Assembly (NCBI GenBank): GCA_032718475.1
Contig: JAUCBJ010005466.1
Location: 1-38,474, forward strand
Length of the DNA stretch: 38,474 bases
Reading direction: 5' to 3'
From: Nemertoderma westbladi
Lineage: Eukaryota; Animalia; Xenacoelomorpha
Made by a program: the position numbers and the translations under genes. This document shows positions 28,301-36,985 of this stretch, in pieces. How positions within the stretch are numbered: position 1 is the first letter of the stretch; each line of letters starts with the position of its first letter. Below the pieces are notes generated by a model, which worked only from the letters and a program-made list of their open reading frames with translations, did not search any database and had not been told where the DNA came from.

Positions 28301-28918
28301 GCACTGGGGGTGTGTGTAGACTGATATCTCACACAATGCATCGGCCCGCACCTACAGCACTGGGGGTGTGTGTAAACTAATATCTCACACACCTACAGCA
28401 CTGCGGGTGTGTGTAGACTGATATCTCCCGCACCTACACCACTGGGGGTGTGTGTAGACTGATATCTCACACAATGCATCGGCCCGCACCTACAGCACTG
28501 GGGGTGTGTGTAGACTGATATCTCACACAATGCATCGGCCCGCACCTACAGCACTGGGGGTGTGTGTAGACTGATATCTCCCGCACCTACTGCACTGGGG
28601 GTGTGTGTAGACTGATATCTCACACAATGCATCGGCCCGCACCTACAGCACTGGGGGTGTGTGCAGACTGATATCTCCCGCACCTACAACACTGAGGATG
28701 TGTGTAGACTGATATCTCCCGCACCTACAGCACTGAGGATGTGTGTAGACTGATATCTCCCGCACCTACTGCACTGGGGGTGTGTGTAGACTGATATCTC
28801 ACACAATGCATCGGCACACACCTACAGCACTGGGGGTGTGTGTAGACTGATATCTCCCGCACCTACAGCACTGGGGGTGTGTGTAGACTGATATCTCACG
28901 CACCTACAGCACTGGGGG
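1318..28918. repeat. 27.6-kb tandem satellite of interspersed 41-bp and 56-bp units
   Basis: Short unit GATATCTCCCGCACCTACAGCACTGGGGGTGTGTGTAGACT (41 bp, e.g. 1471-1511). The long unit is the same with CACACAATGCATCGG (15 bp) inserted after GATATCT (56 bp, e.g. 1318-1373). A minor hybrid 41-mer reads GATATCTCACACACCTAC. Units are head-to-tail in one orientation; ~600 units estimated from length. Confidence 0.99.
17628..17710. other. 83-bp unique non-satellite island inside the array
   Basis: The unit breaks after ...GATATCTCCCGCAC (17627). The sequence TGATCCTAGTTCACTAAAG...CTTTATATGCTA follows and the array resumes at TGATATCTCACAC (17711). No similarity to the unit is visible. Confidence 0.95.
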
Positions 28919-29016
28919 AATTGGTACTTTTCAAACACACTTAAACACTCAAGAGTATCGAATGGCCATAATGCTAACTTACAAACACACTTCTTACACT
29001 TACATTCCATTTAATT

Positions 29017-29280
29017 TGTACTAAGTGCTAAATTATTATAAGACCGCAAGCAAATACCCTAATACGCTAACTTGCTGAATGTTAATTGCAAATACCCCTC
29101 CGTTTCGCGAATAGCCAATTGTACACGTATAACCTAATAATAAAAGCGTTTTGCACAAACTGCGTGGGCGCTAAAGTCTTAACTTATTACTTTTAGATAG
29201 TCTTTGAAAGTACTCTATACAAAGTCCTAACCCGATAACTGTGTGTTGTCTTGGAAACGTAACGGTTTCTTACCTGGACA
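29017..29280 (+). repeat. Diverged local duplication, copy 1 (partner 30082-30561)
   Basis: Both copies share the collinear blocks TGTACTAAGT, AAATACCCTAATACGCTAA, GCGAATAGCCAATT, GCGCTAAAGTC, TTTGAAAGTACT and CCGATAACTGTGTGTTGTC.TGGAAACGTA. Confidence 0.9.
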
Positions 29281-30081
29281 TCCATACAATGTATTTCAAT
29301 TTATTGCACAGGCGACATATTATACCCCAAATTGAGGTTCTAAATTTGTGAAAATATTAGTGAAACAATTTTATGGTTAAAGAGAAAACTCTATTTGTTT
29401 TTATGTAGAGTAATGCGTAATTTTATTCCAAAAAGTTGCCTTTTCTTTTATAGCAGGTAAATTGCAATAATTAGTGCATTATAGGCGTACCTAAACGTGC
29501 GCTATTTTTATGAAAATTAACAACTTGATAGCCATTGATTGTAGGCTAAGTGTTAGATTATTTAGTTGATGTACCAACTGAAATTAGTTGCTTAAAAACG
29601 ATATGAATTTCATTAATATTCCTAAACATTACAATATTAACGCTAATAATTAAGCTTTCAGAACGTCGTTAAATTGACATAATTTAACAAAATGGCCATT
29701 TTGTGAAAAGGGCACTGTCAACGTTTATGAATGAATGACCCTTGTATATTTATGGAAACATCCCTCGCCACCCTCGCTCGGTACATAAATACTGCTTATG
29801 TGAAACTATTCACACAATGATGAAAATAGTTATTGTTTCAATTTTATCCATTTACAATATTTGCAGGAAAAATAATAGGCCTACAATTCAATCATTATTC
29901 GTGTAACATCAGTTATAAATCGGTAAAATATGAAAGTTCCTTTACATAAATCATTATGTCGGTTTTTCTGACTTTTATTGTCTGCTATATTTTTTTTTTA
30001 ACTAATTATCAATATTTTTGTTTACTTTTTCTCGTGTTATTTTAATTTTCGTTGATTAGTCAATCACACTTATATTCAATA

Positions 30082-30561
30082 TGTACTAAGTACTAAATGA
30101 TTGTAAGACCGAAAATACCCTAATACAGAAAATTGATTTAATAAAATTCTTATATAATATTTAGCACTTTAATAATTCAACCAGTTAAATTTATAGTTAG
30201 TGTAAGAGTTCAGCCGGAAGTATCATCTGTAACCAGAAGTCACGCATCCCTGCAGTCGAGTTCGTCATCCATAGTTATGGTGCAATCCACTACGTCGTTA
30301 GAACTGCCCGGCCAGATTGTAGCCCCGTAACCCAAAAATACCATAATACGCTAATTCGCTGAATATTGATTGCGATTACCCCTCAGTTTTGCGAATAGCC
30401 AATTTCACACTTATCAATAATTAATAATAAAAGCGTTTGCATAAACTCCGGGAGCGCTAAAGTCCTAACTTATACTTTCTTTTGAAAGTACTTTATACAA
30501 AGTCCTACCCCGATAACTGTGTGTTGTCATGGAAACGTATAATGGATTCTTAACTGCACAT
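30082..30561 (+). repeat. Diverged local duplication, copy 2, interrupted by a 208-bp insert
   Basis: Aligns with 29017-29280 once 30127-30349 is removed. Confidence 0.85.
30127..30334 (-). mobile_element. 208-bp insertion flanked by a 15-bp direct repeat; possible 5'-truncated retroposed fragment
   Basis: AAAATACCCTAATAC (30112-30126) and AAAATACCATAATAC (30335-30349) flank it, and the paralogous empty site near 29052-29065 has one copy. The minus strand reads ...GYGATIWPGSSNDVVDCTITMDDELDCRDA*, then an AT-rich tail with ATTAAA near the end. Confidence 0.6.
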
Positions 30562-30902
30562 TGACAATTAGTCTAATGAAACATATGCAAACCGAAATTT
30601 ATTCCCAGACTGAAACGAATAAGAATGGTGAAATGGAAAACTTACACATAGATAGACAATCGTTATTAGAATATTTCCTCGTTTCGTCTATTGTTGAGAT
30701 ATAATAAAATACATTCGCAAACTCAAACTGGAGCAAATTTAATTTGGGTTGTAAATTGGTGAAATTAATTAGTGAAACAATGTGTCGGATTAATAATTAA
30801 CAATTGTTAAATGCAAAACAATTAAAATTCACTATAATGATAGGCTTGCTCAGAGTAACTTAAACCCACATAAATAATTCCCTTGAGTGAATTCTAACCG
30901 CG

Positions 30903-31138
30903 TAGGAAAATTTAATATAAAAATGTTAATTGTGCGATCATTTTGGTAATTTGTACGTGTATCTTATGAAAAGATAATGAAAGGAGTGAAATTCTCATAT
31001 TAAAGCAACGTTTCAAAACCAATCTGGATAATAATTCTAAAGTGCCGGGGAAAACAAATGATCACAAGAATTGGAGCCGCACCTAACTAATATATCGTTG
31101 TCACTAATAAAATACAAGTAATATAATAATAATTATGA
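30903..31138 (+). repeat. ~240-bp direct repeat, copy 1 (partner 32500-32737)
   Basis: TAGGAAAATTTAATATAAAAATGTTAATT...GAATTGGAGCCGCACCTAACTAATAT...TATAATAATAATTATGA recurs, with substitutions and small indels, on the other side of the SINE plus LINE. Confidence 0.9.
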
Positions 31139-31425
31139 ATTGGAGAACCTTTTATGCAGATTAAGCCAAGGAATTCCTGTTCACCACCACGGGTGATCTA
31201 GATCTTCCACAGTAAACCCTTCCCTTCCACTCTGTTTCCCAAGTTTCCTTGGTTCCCATTAATCGACCACTGAAGGATGAAAGCCAGGGAGGGTTGGGCT
31301 AGGCTGCAGGATTTAAAGCACTGTGCCCAAACAGTGCTGCCCCTTCTAGATATCGAACCAGGGCTCCCTAATTGGAAGTCAAGGAATGTCACTACTAGAC
31401 CAAGCTGCTGCTATTACCCATAATT
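31139..31425 (-). mobile_element. tRNA-derived SINE (tRNA-Gly(TCC)-like head) with 18-bp TSD
   Basis: Perfect direct repeat ATATAATAATAATTATGA at 31121-31138 and 31426-31443; the paralog near 32721-32737 shows the empty site. The minus strand has an A-box-like TGGTCTAGTAG (31392-31402), an anticodon-loop-like CTTCCAA and a B-box-like GGTTCGATATC (31349-31359). A GCTTTCATCCTT..GGTCGAT.AATG motif follows, resembling central domains of metazoan tRNA SINEs. Confidence 0.85.
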
Positions 31426-31443
31426 ATATAATAATAATTATGA

Positions 31444-32470
31444 TGACACAGATCCATTTGAAGTCTTATTGGTAGTCCTTCAGGGTGACACACTTGCACC
31501 ATTCTTATTCGTTGTTATTCTATATCTTATTCGGTTGATTATTTTCGACGCATGTCCTTAGACCATCTTTATAAAGATGGGGTGATGGTAACACCCCCTA
31601 CTGACACAATAAGTAGAGGAAATCCAGCAAAGTACCTCACTGATCTAGACTTTGCTGATGACTTAGGGGTACTGTCAGAATCACTAGAGGGAGCCCAAAG
31701 GCTCCTCTGCTAATTGGAACAGGTTGCTTCTAGTGTTGGTCTTTTTGTAAATTCAAAGAAGACCAAAATCATGACAGTCAACCTAGACAGCCCTTAATAA
31801 ATGTCTGATCAGAAGGGCATAAGATCTAAGGATGGATTGCTTCAGCACGTGGATGACTTCTGCTACTTGGGATCATGGATCAGAAAGTCAGGTGAAAACC
31901 TTCGGATAAGTAAGGGGAAGGCAAGGACGGGCAGCGTTAAATAGTCCATTCCGTGCAGGATTTGGAAGCCCCATAGAATAAGACGGAACCTTAAGGTTAG
32001 ATTATTTATGGCAGCAGTAGTACCAGTACTCTTATACGGGAGACCAAGCTGGACTCTAACTGCAGAGGATACCAAATCTCTGGATGGCACTTTCACAAGA
32101 ATGCTACGCCGGGTTCATTGTGTCAAGTACAATGAACACATCTCCAATCAGACTCTATACAACATTGGATGAAACATCCATTAGTCTTCATTAGCTTGAC
32201 ACTAGAACAAAATCGCCTCCGCTTTGCAGGACATTGCTTTCGCCGTGAGGACCAGCCAGTGCATAATCTTGTGCATTGGCGGCCTCGTGGAGTGAATAAG
32301 CATGGTGGACACCCCATGACCTTCTTGAGACCGCATCTTAAAGGACACTGGCCTTGGAGATGCAGATGATCTAGCAAATGTCATGGGTGATAGGGAGTTG
32401 TGGCGGCGCAATTTTGTCACCAAGACCGCACAGCATTCTTAATATATATGTAATATATATATATATATGT
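31444..32470 (+). mobile_element. 5'-truncated, decayed non-LTR retrotransposon (RTE-clade LINE), RT C-terminal half
   Basis: Translation gives LQGDTLAPFLF (~31478), DLDFADD (~31642-31662), GLFVNSKKTK, VDDFCYLGSWI, VPVLLYG..SWTLT and RLRFAGHCFR, with in-frame stops and frameshifts. It ends ...RELWRRNFVTKTAQHS*, then a (TA)n tail. The listed ORF 32169-32369 is a fragment of it. Confidence 0.92.
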
Positions 32471-32499
32471 CATTATTAGGAAATCATTAGAGTCATCAT

Positions 32500-32737
32500 T
32501 AGGAAAATTTAATATAAAAATGTTAATTATTCGATCATTTTGGTAATTTTGATCTTATGAAAAGATAATGAAAGGAGTCATAGTGAAATTATCATATTAA
32601 AGCAACGTTTCAAAACCAATCCGGATAATAATTCTAAAGTGCCGGGGGAAAATAAATTAACACAAGAATTGGAGCCGCACCTAACTAATATCGTGGACAC
32701 TGATAAAACACAAGATATACTATAATAATAATTATGA
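32500..32737 (+). repeat. ~240-bp direct repeat, copy 2 (partner 30903-31138)
   Basis: Collinear with copy 1 and lacks the SINE. Confidence 0.9.
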
Positions 32738-33154
32738 TGAAAAATATGAAGCATTAGTTGCATCATTAACTGAAATATGACTCAACTCATTGCACTGATT
32801 CAAATGAATGGCCTTGAATTATTATAGGAGCTATGGCAATTTTGATATTTTGTATCTCTTAGAATTTTCCCAGGAGTCTTTTTCCCAAGTTTTGTTTTGA
32901 ATCCGTTACTGTAAAATGATCCATTACCAAATTTAATATAACATTCCCTTGTAATAAATAGACCTATAAACTGATCTGAAGTTTTCAAAACCACGTTTCA
33001 TATCGTCACTACTGTATTCTTTGACAAGTTTTTCTGATAAATGAAAAATCAGGTATCCCGAATGCCAAAATAGGGATCACGAGACGAATTACAGAAATGC
33101 TGAAATGTTTGATCCTGTTTAAACACTTAGTTAGTAGGCCTACAACATGAATAA

Positions 33155-33718
33155 ACCATGCAGTTAGGTGTATAATAATACTGTTCGGGTTTGCAGTTAG
33201 CACAACATTAATTAGACCATGCAGTTAGGTGTATAATAATACTGTTCGGGTTTGCAGTTAGCACAACATTAATTAGACCTTGCAGTTAGGTGTATAGTAA
33301 TACTGTTCGGGTTTGCAGTTAATCAACATTAAATAGACCATGCGGTTAGGTGTATAATAATACTGTTCGGGTTTACAGTTAGCACAACATTAAATAGACC
33401 ATGCAGTTAGGTGTATAATAATACTGTTCGGGTTTGCAATTAGCACAACATTAATTTGACCATGCAGTTATGTGTATAATAATACTGTTCGGGTTTGCAA
33501 TTAGCACAACATTAATTTGACCATGCAGTTATGTGTATAATAATACTGTTCGGGTATGCAGTTAGCACAACATTAATTAGACCTTGCAGTTAGGTGTATA
33601 GTAATACTGTTCAGGTTTGCAGCTAACACAATATTAATTAGAAGGCCATGCAGTTAGGTGTATAATAATACTGTTCGGGTTTGCAGTTAGCACAACATTA
33701 ATAGACAATGCAGTTAGG
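33155..33718. repeat. 61-bp minisatellite, ~9.2 copies
   Basis: Unit ACCATGCAGTTAGGTGTATAATAATACTGTTCGGGTTTGCAGTTAGCACAACATTAATTAG starts at 33155, 33216, 33277, 33337, 33398, 33459, 33520, 33581, ~33645 and ~33705. Confidence 0.97.
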
Positions 33719-34060
33719 GCTATGGTATATGTGTAGTCTTTACTACGCTTGTACTCTAGCGACCTTCCAGAGAATTTGATAGTTAGGTGTATGAACGAAA
33801 AAGAGCACGTTAGCGTTTATAGTGGTTTGCCGGTATACGTGTTCTGCCTTGGCACGCCTTAACAAATTCATATAATGTAGTTACATTCTACCCCCTTTTT
33901 AAACCCTTTAGAGTTTAGATGCACTCTATTAAGTTCTACCACCAGATAGAACTATCCATAAGCTTTAAAATGATACCAATATCTCATTTTCGTCAAAATT
34001 CGAGTTGGGTTTATCTTAGGACGGCAGTATTGGGTATAGCGTGTGCATTATAATCAACAG

Positions 34061-35487
34061 GTCAACCTTGGTCACCATGGTTTACCAATAGACCACACGT
34101 GGTATTACCATAGAAACAAGGCGCCACCATTATTGGCAATCCGAGAGAACACGACTGCAGGGGAAATGATGAAAGATATATACCGACACTCTGGCAACAA
34201 TAATGTTCTATAACTTTCTCAAAGATATGACACTTCTACCTACAGAATACCGCCGGATTTCCTAAACAAATCGAGGCGAAAATATAAAACTGGAAACCCT
34301 TTTTCTTTCCACGGATTCTTTTTTTCACGAAATTCTCTTTTCTTTTTTCAAATACCTCCTGGAAAACGCTTAATTAATATTACAATTGTTTATAAATATT
34401 AATAAAAATTATACTAATATGTAAAAATTAATCAACTCTTATTTCCCTTTCCTAATGGTCCATTCTTTGTGATGATCGCATTTTATTTATTTATTTGTAT
34501 TTTTTGTTAAAAATTATAATATGATTTCTCGTTTCCTAGGTTGTAATAATTGATATTATTTGATATTATTACTGTAATAACTTATAGAAATAACAAATTT
34601 GGTACACACACTTTGAATAAACATTGGAATCAGAAAATTCACGGTGGTCTTCGCTTTTCAATTCTCATAAGATTAATTTTTTTTCGCTTTACCTTCTATG
34701 CTATTTCTCTTGCTTTGTCTTTCTTGGTGTGCTTCTTTTGTGCAGTAATCTTTCACTTAAAAATATCTTGTACATGTGAGTAGATTATTTTCACTCATTT
34801 TCCATACAAATATCATGGACGCGGCGCAGTCCAACTCAAATTTCGAGTATTTGCATGAAATCCACGAACTAGTGGCACTTGCTACTATGTGGATTTCATT
34901 CGAATTCGGATCCTCACCCAATAATTAAATGTATCTATATTACTTTATTTCGTGTTTGCTATCGTGCTGGTGCTGGGTCTGTCGTACCTTATTTTATTGG
35001 AATTATTAAAGTTCAAGTTCAAGTTCGCGACAACCGACACCAGACGCGCGACTACGGGGTTTATTTCGACGAGAAGTTTGGGAAGTTTAAATCCTACGGA
35101 GATATGCGGCAGCCTCTGTCTGCAAACCACATCGAGTGGGTGAGTGACACAGCTGGGCGAGGTACCCGGCCCTACACGTCGGTTTACCGGAGGAGTTTCA
35201 ACCGAGTCTCGTCTGTAACCCCGGATACTACCGCGGGGATATCGCTTGATATCCCTCCCGTATTCCGGGCCGCCACCTCGGAATCATTCCGACCCCTCTC
35301 CCGCTTCCCCCGTGTCTACCCGACCCCCGTAGTCAGGGCGACTGATCGCTCGGAATATATCCGGGTTGGTATGACAGCCACTGATTCCGGTTCATTTAGG
35401 ACTCCTCTTCGCTCCCTCGCTTTGGCACAGGAACCGTTCCAGAAACCCAATAACTGGCGATATTCAAACAGAGGCGTTAAAATATAA
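34061..35487 (+). pseudogene. TEX36: TEX36-like (HDNR-motif) coding sequence in two pieces (34061-34312 and 35029-35487), with an in-frame TAA at 34211-34213 and a 716-bp insertion; probable pseudogene
   Basis: Piece 1: VNLGHHGLPIDHTWYYHRNKAPPLLAIRENTTAGEMMKDIYRHSGNNNVL*LSQRYDTSTYRIPPDFLNKSRRKYKTGNPFSFH. Piece 2: DNRHQTRDYGVYFDEKFGKFKSYGDMRQPLSANHIEW...SRFPRVY...GVKI*. Joined they give PFSFHDNRH..G.YFD...G......RQ..S.N...W...RFPR.Y, the pattern I recall for TEX36/HDNR proteins. AATAAA lies at ~35514. No in-frame ATG was found before piece 1; a CAG acceptor sits at 34058-34060. Confidence 0.72.
34313..35028 (+). mobile_element. 716-bp insertion resembling a non-LTR retroposon 3' end (3' UTR with stem-loop and (AAGTTC)n tail)
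   Basis: It separates the His and Asp codons of HDNR. It ends ATTAAAGTTCAAGTTCAAGTTC (polyA-signal-like hexamer plus microsatellite tail) and contains the hairpin ATGAAATCCAC...GTGGATTTCAT (34855-34899). The body is T-rich. A CG dinucleotide at both junctions makes the edges ambiguous by 1-2 bp. It has no GT-AG ends and no TIRs. Confidence 0.6.
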
Positions 35488-36123
35488 TAGGATTTATTTT
35501 TATATTATTAGGTAATAAAGAATTTTAATTAACAATTAATTTGTTTAATTATATCAGCTGATTTTGAAAAGTCCAAATTTTGCTCTCGGAACTCCTCCGT
35601 CGTTCTCAAAATGTTTCTATAAAATATACTAGGTAATATTAGGCAGACAACTGATACGGATGTTGAAATATTTAAGGCAACACTTACGAGTTAAGGTTCA
35701 CCTTAGCTAAGGTTGATTTATATGCAACCGGCCCCTCCTGGTCTAACAGCAAGTTAAGTAAATAAAGTTAAGTTATTGCAACTATAATTTATTAATATAT
35801 TGTAAATATTAACCAAACATAAACCAATAACCCATAACCATCACACATATAAACTGGTAACATATAGCAGAATAGCCAAGATTCAGTCTCTTCTAAAACT
35901 CATTGGGAATTCAAACTGCAAAATAAATAATAAAAACGTTAAAGTAAATAATTTTATAGTAAAAAACGATTTTTATTCCGGAACTCATTATTATTAAACA
36001 GGAACTTTTCACCCAAATATCATATATTTTATTTTTATTTATTATTATATTAATATTATTTATAATCCTCAACGCAACTCTATTGTAATTATTTAGTAAC
36101 TTTATATAAAACTTACAGTTTTA

Positions 36124-36804
36124 CTAAATCCAAATCTTCATTTCAATTCGAGAAGCCGGATTCCAATCAGTAAAATGACGCCAATGAGGTTCTTTCCAAT
36201 CCTCCGCACCATATTCTCCGTTCAAGTTACTGTACGCGCAGCCCCTGTACCACCACGGCCCAGTACGATCTACGGCGCAGTTGACGGAGTCCAACCCGTC
36301 ATTATCGCGGTCCTTGGTAGAGAATGGATACCCGTTGGAATAATCCAATGCGTCACCAGCAGTACCATGGTAACCGGATACATGTAGGAGATAATTAGTT
36401 GCAGCTGATCCGATAGAGAAGTTGTCGTATTCCGCGTATTTGTGTTCGTTGGTGTAATCCACCCACTCCCATCTATCATCACCATCACCAGCTTTATGTC
36501 CCCTTCCAGTGAACCACAAATCGACCCTCAACTTCACCCCGCCTTTACTCAGCTTGTGGATCGCCTCCAACCCCAACCAAAAATTGGTATTCGGGTCGCC
36601 AAATCCTCCAACATATTCATCCCAGTTGCGGTAGAAGTCAACAGATCCATCAACTCTTTGTTGAATCTTCACCCCATCTTTTTGCATTATTAGCCCAGGA
36701 GCCATTATCTGATACAGTGTAATGGATGGAATCACTATATCTGTATCATGTAACCTGTAAACGAACTCTTCCAACTCTGTATTCTGTTCTTCCAGCTCTG
36801 TAAC
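36124..36804 (-). CDS. Terminal exon of a fibrinogen-related domain (FReD; ficolin/tenascin/MFAP4-like) protein
   Basis: Motifs IQQRVDGSVDFYRNWDEYVGGFG, FWLGLEAIHKL, LRVDL, YAEYDNFSI, SGYHGTAGDAL, FSTKDRDND, NCA, WWYRGCAYSNLNG and EMKI are present. The frame extends 10 codons beyond the listed TTG start to a TTTCCTAACAG acceptor at 36805 (phase 0: VTELEEQNTELEEF...). Stop is TAG at 36124-36126. Confidence 0.95.
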   Translation of the reverse strand, partial: VTELEEQNTELEEFVYRLHDTDIVIPSITLYQIMAPGLIMQKDGVKIQQRVDGSVDFYRNWDEYVGGFGDPNTNFWLGLEAIHKLSKGGVKLRVDLWFTGRGHKAGDGDDRWEWVDYTNEHKYAEYDNFSIGSAATNYLLHVSGYHGTAGDALDYSNGYPFSTKDRDNDGLDSVNCAVDRTGPWWYRGCAYSNLNGEYGAEDWKEPHWRHFTDWNPASRIEMKIWI

Positions 36805-36926
36805 CTGTTAGGAAATATTTTTACAACTTTTATGAATTCAACTCAACTTTGTCACCACTTACAATATCTATGAAATCGCATGAAATTAAAATTAAAATAA
36901 TAATTTAAAATAACTAATAAACTTAC

Positions 36927-36956
36927 ATTAATGGCTCCACATTGTCCATCATTTGC
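36927..36956 (-). CDS. Putative 30-bp internal exon of the FReD gene (ANDGQCGAIN in phase 0)
   Basis: The minus strand reads TTATTATTACAG|GCAAATGATGGACAATGTGGAGCCATTAAT|GTAAGTTT, with canonical sites around a GC-richer island. It joins the terminal exon in frame across a 122-bp intron. Confidence 0.65.
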
Positions 36957-36985
36957 CTGTAATAATAAATAAATTATAAATAGTT

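Noticed and set aside
1318-28918. CRISPR array or other repeat-spacer memory system
   Set aside because: The only 'spacer' is one invariant 15-mer, present or absent. There are no unique spacers and no cas genes, and the context is eukaryotic.
6114-29010. Cys/His-rich minus-strand ORFs (YTHPQCCRCG...) as zinc-finger or metallothionein-like genes
   Set aside because: They are translations of 41/56-bp units (not multiples of 3) that cycle through frames and hit a TAG regularly. Their length depends only on chance variants.
31340-31415. Functional tRNA-Gly gene
   Set aside because: The stems are mispaired and the head is fused to a SINE body bounded by a TSD.
30903-32737. LTR retrotransposon
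   Set aside because: The direct repeats lack TG..CA ends, PBS and PPT, and the enclosed RT is non-LTR (RTE) type with its own tail.
34211-34213. Stop-codon reassignment (TAA=Gln) explaining the in-frame TAA
   Set aside because: The FReD frame ends at TAG-TAA right after the EMKI motif and the TEX36-like frame ends TAA-TAG, consistent with the standard code.
34550-35143. Hydrophobic ORFs 34550-34783 and 34952-35143 as membrane or secreted peptides
   Set aside because: They arise from the T-rich insert, start at TTG/GTG, and one overlaps the TEX36-like frame out of frame.
35684-35733. Palindrome ACCTTAGCTAAGGT and a TATGCAACCGGCCC end resembling a MITE terminus
   Set aside because: No partner TIR or TSD was found; at most a relic.
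36175-36693. Overlapping ORFs at the FReD exon
   Set aside because: They are antisense or alternative-frame shadows of the real CDS.
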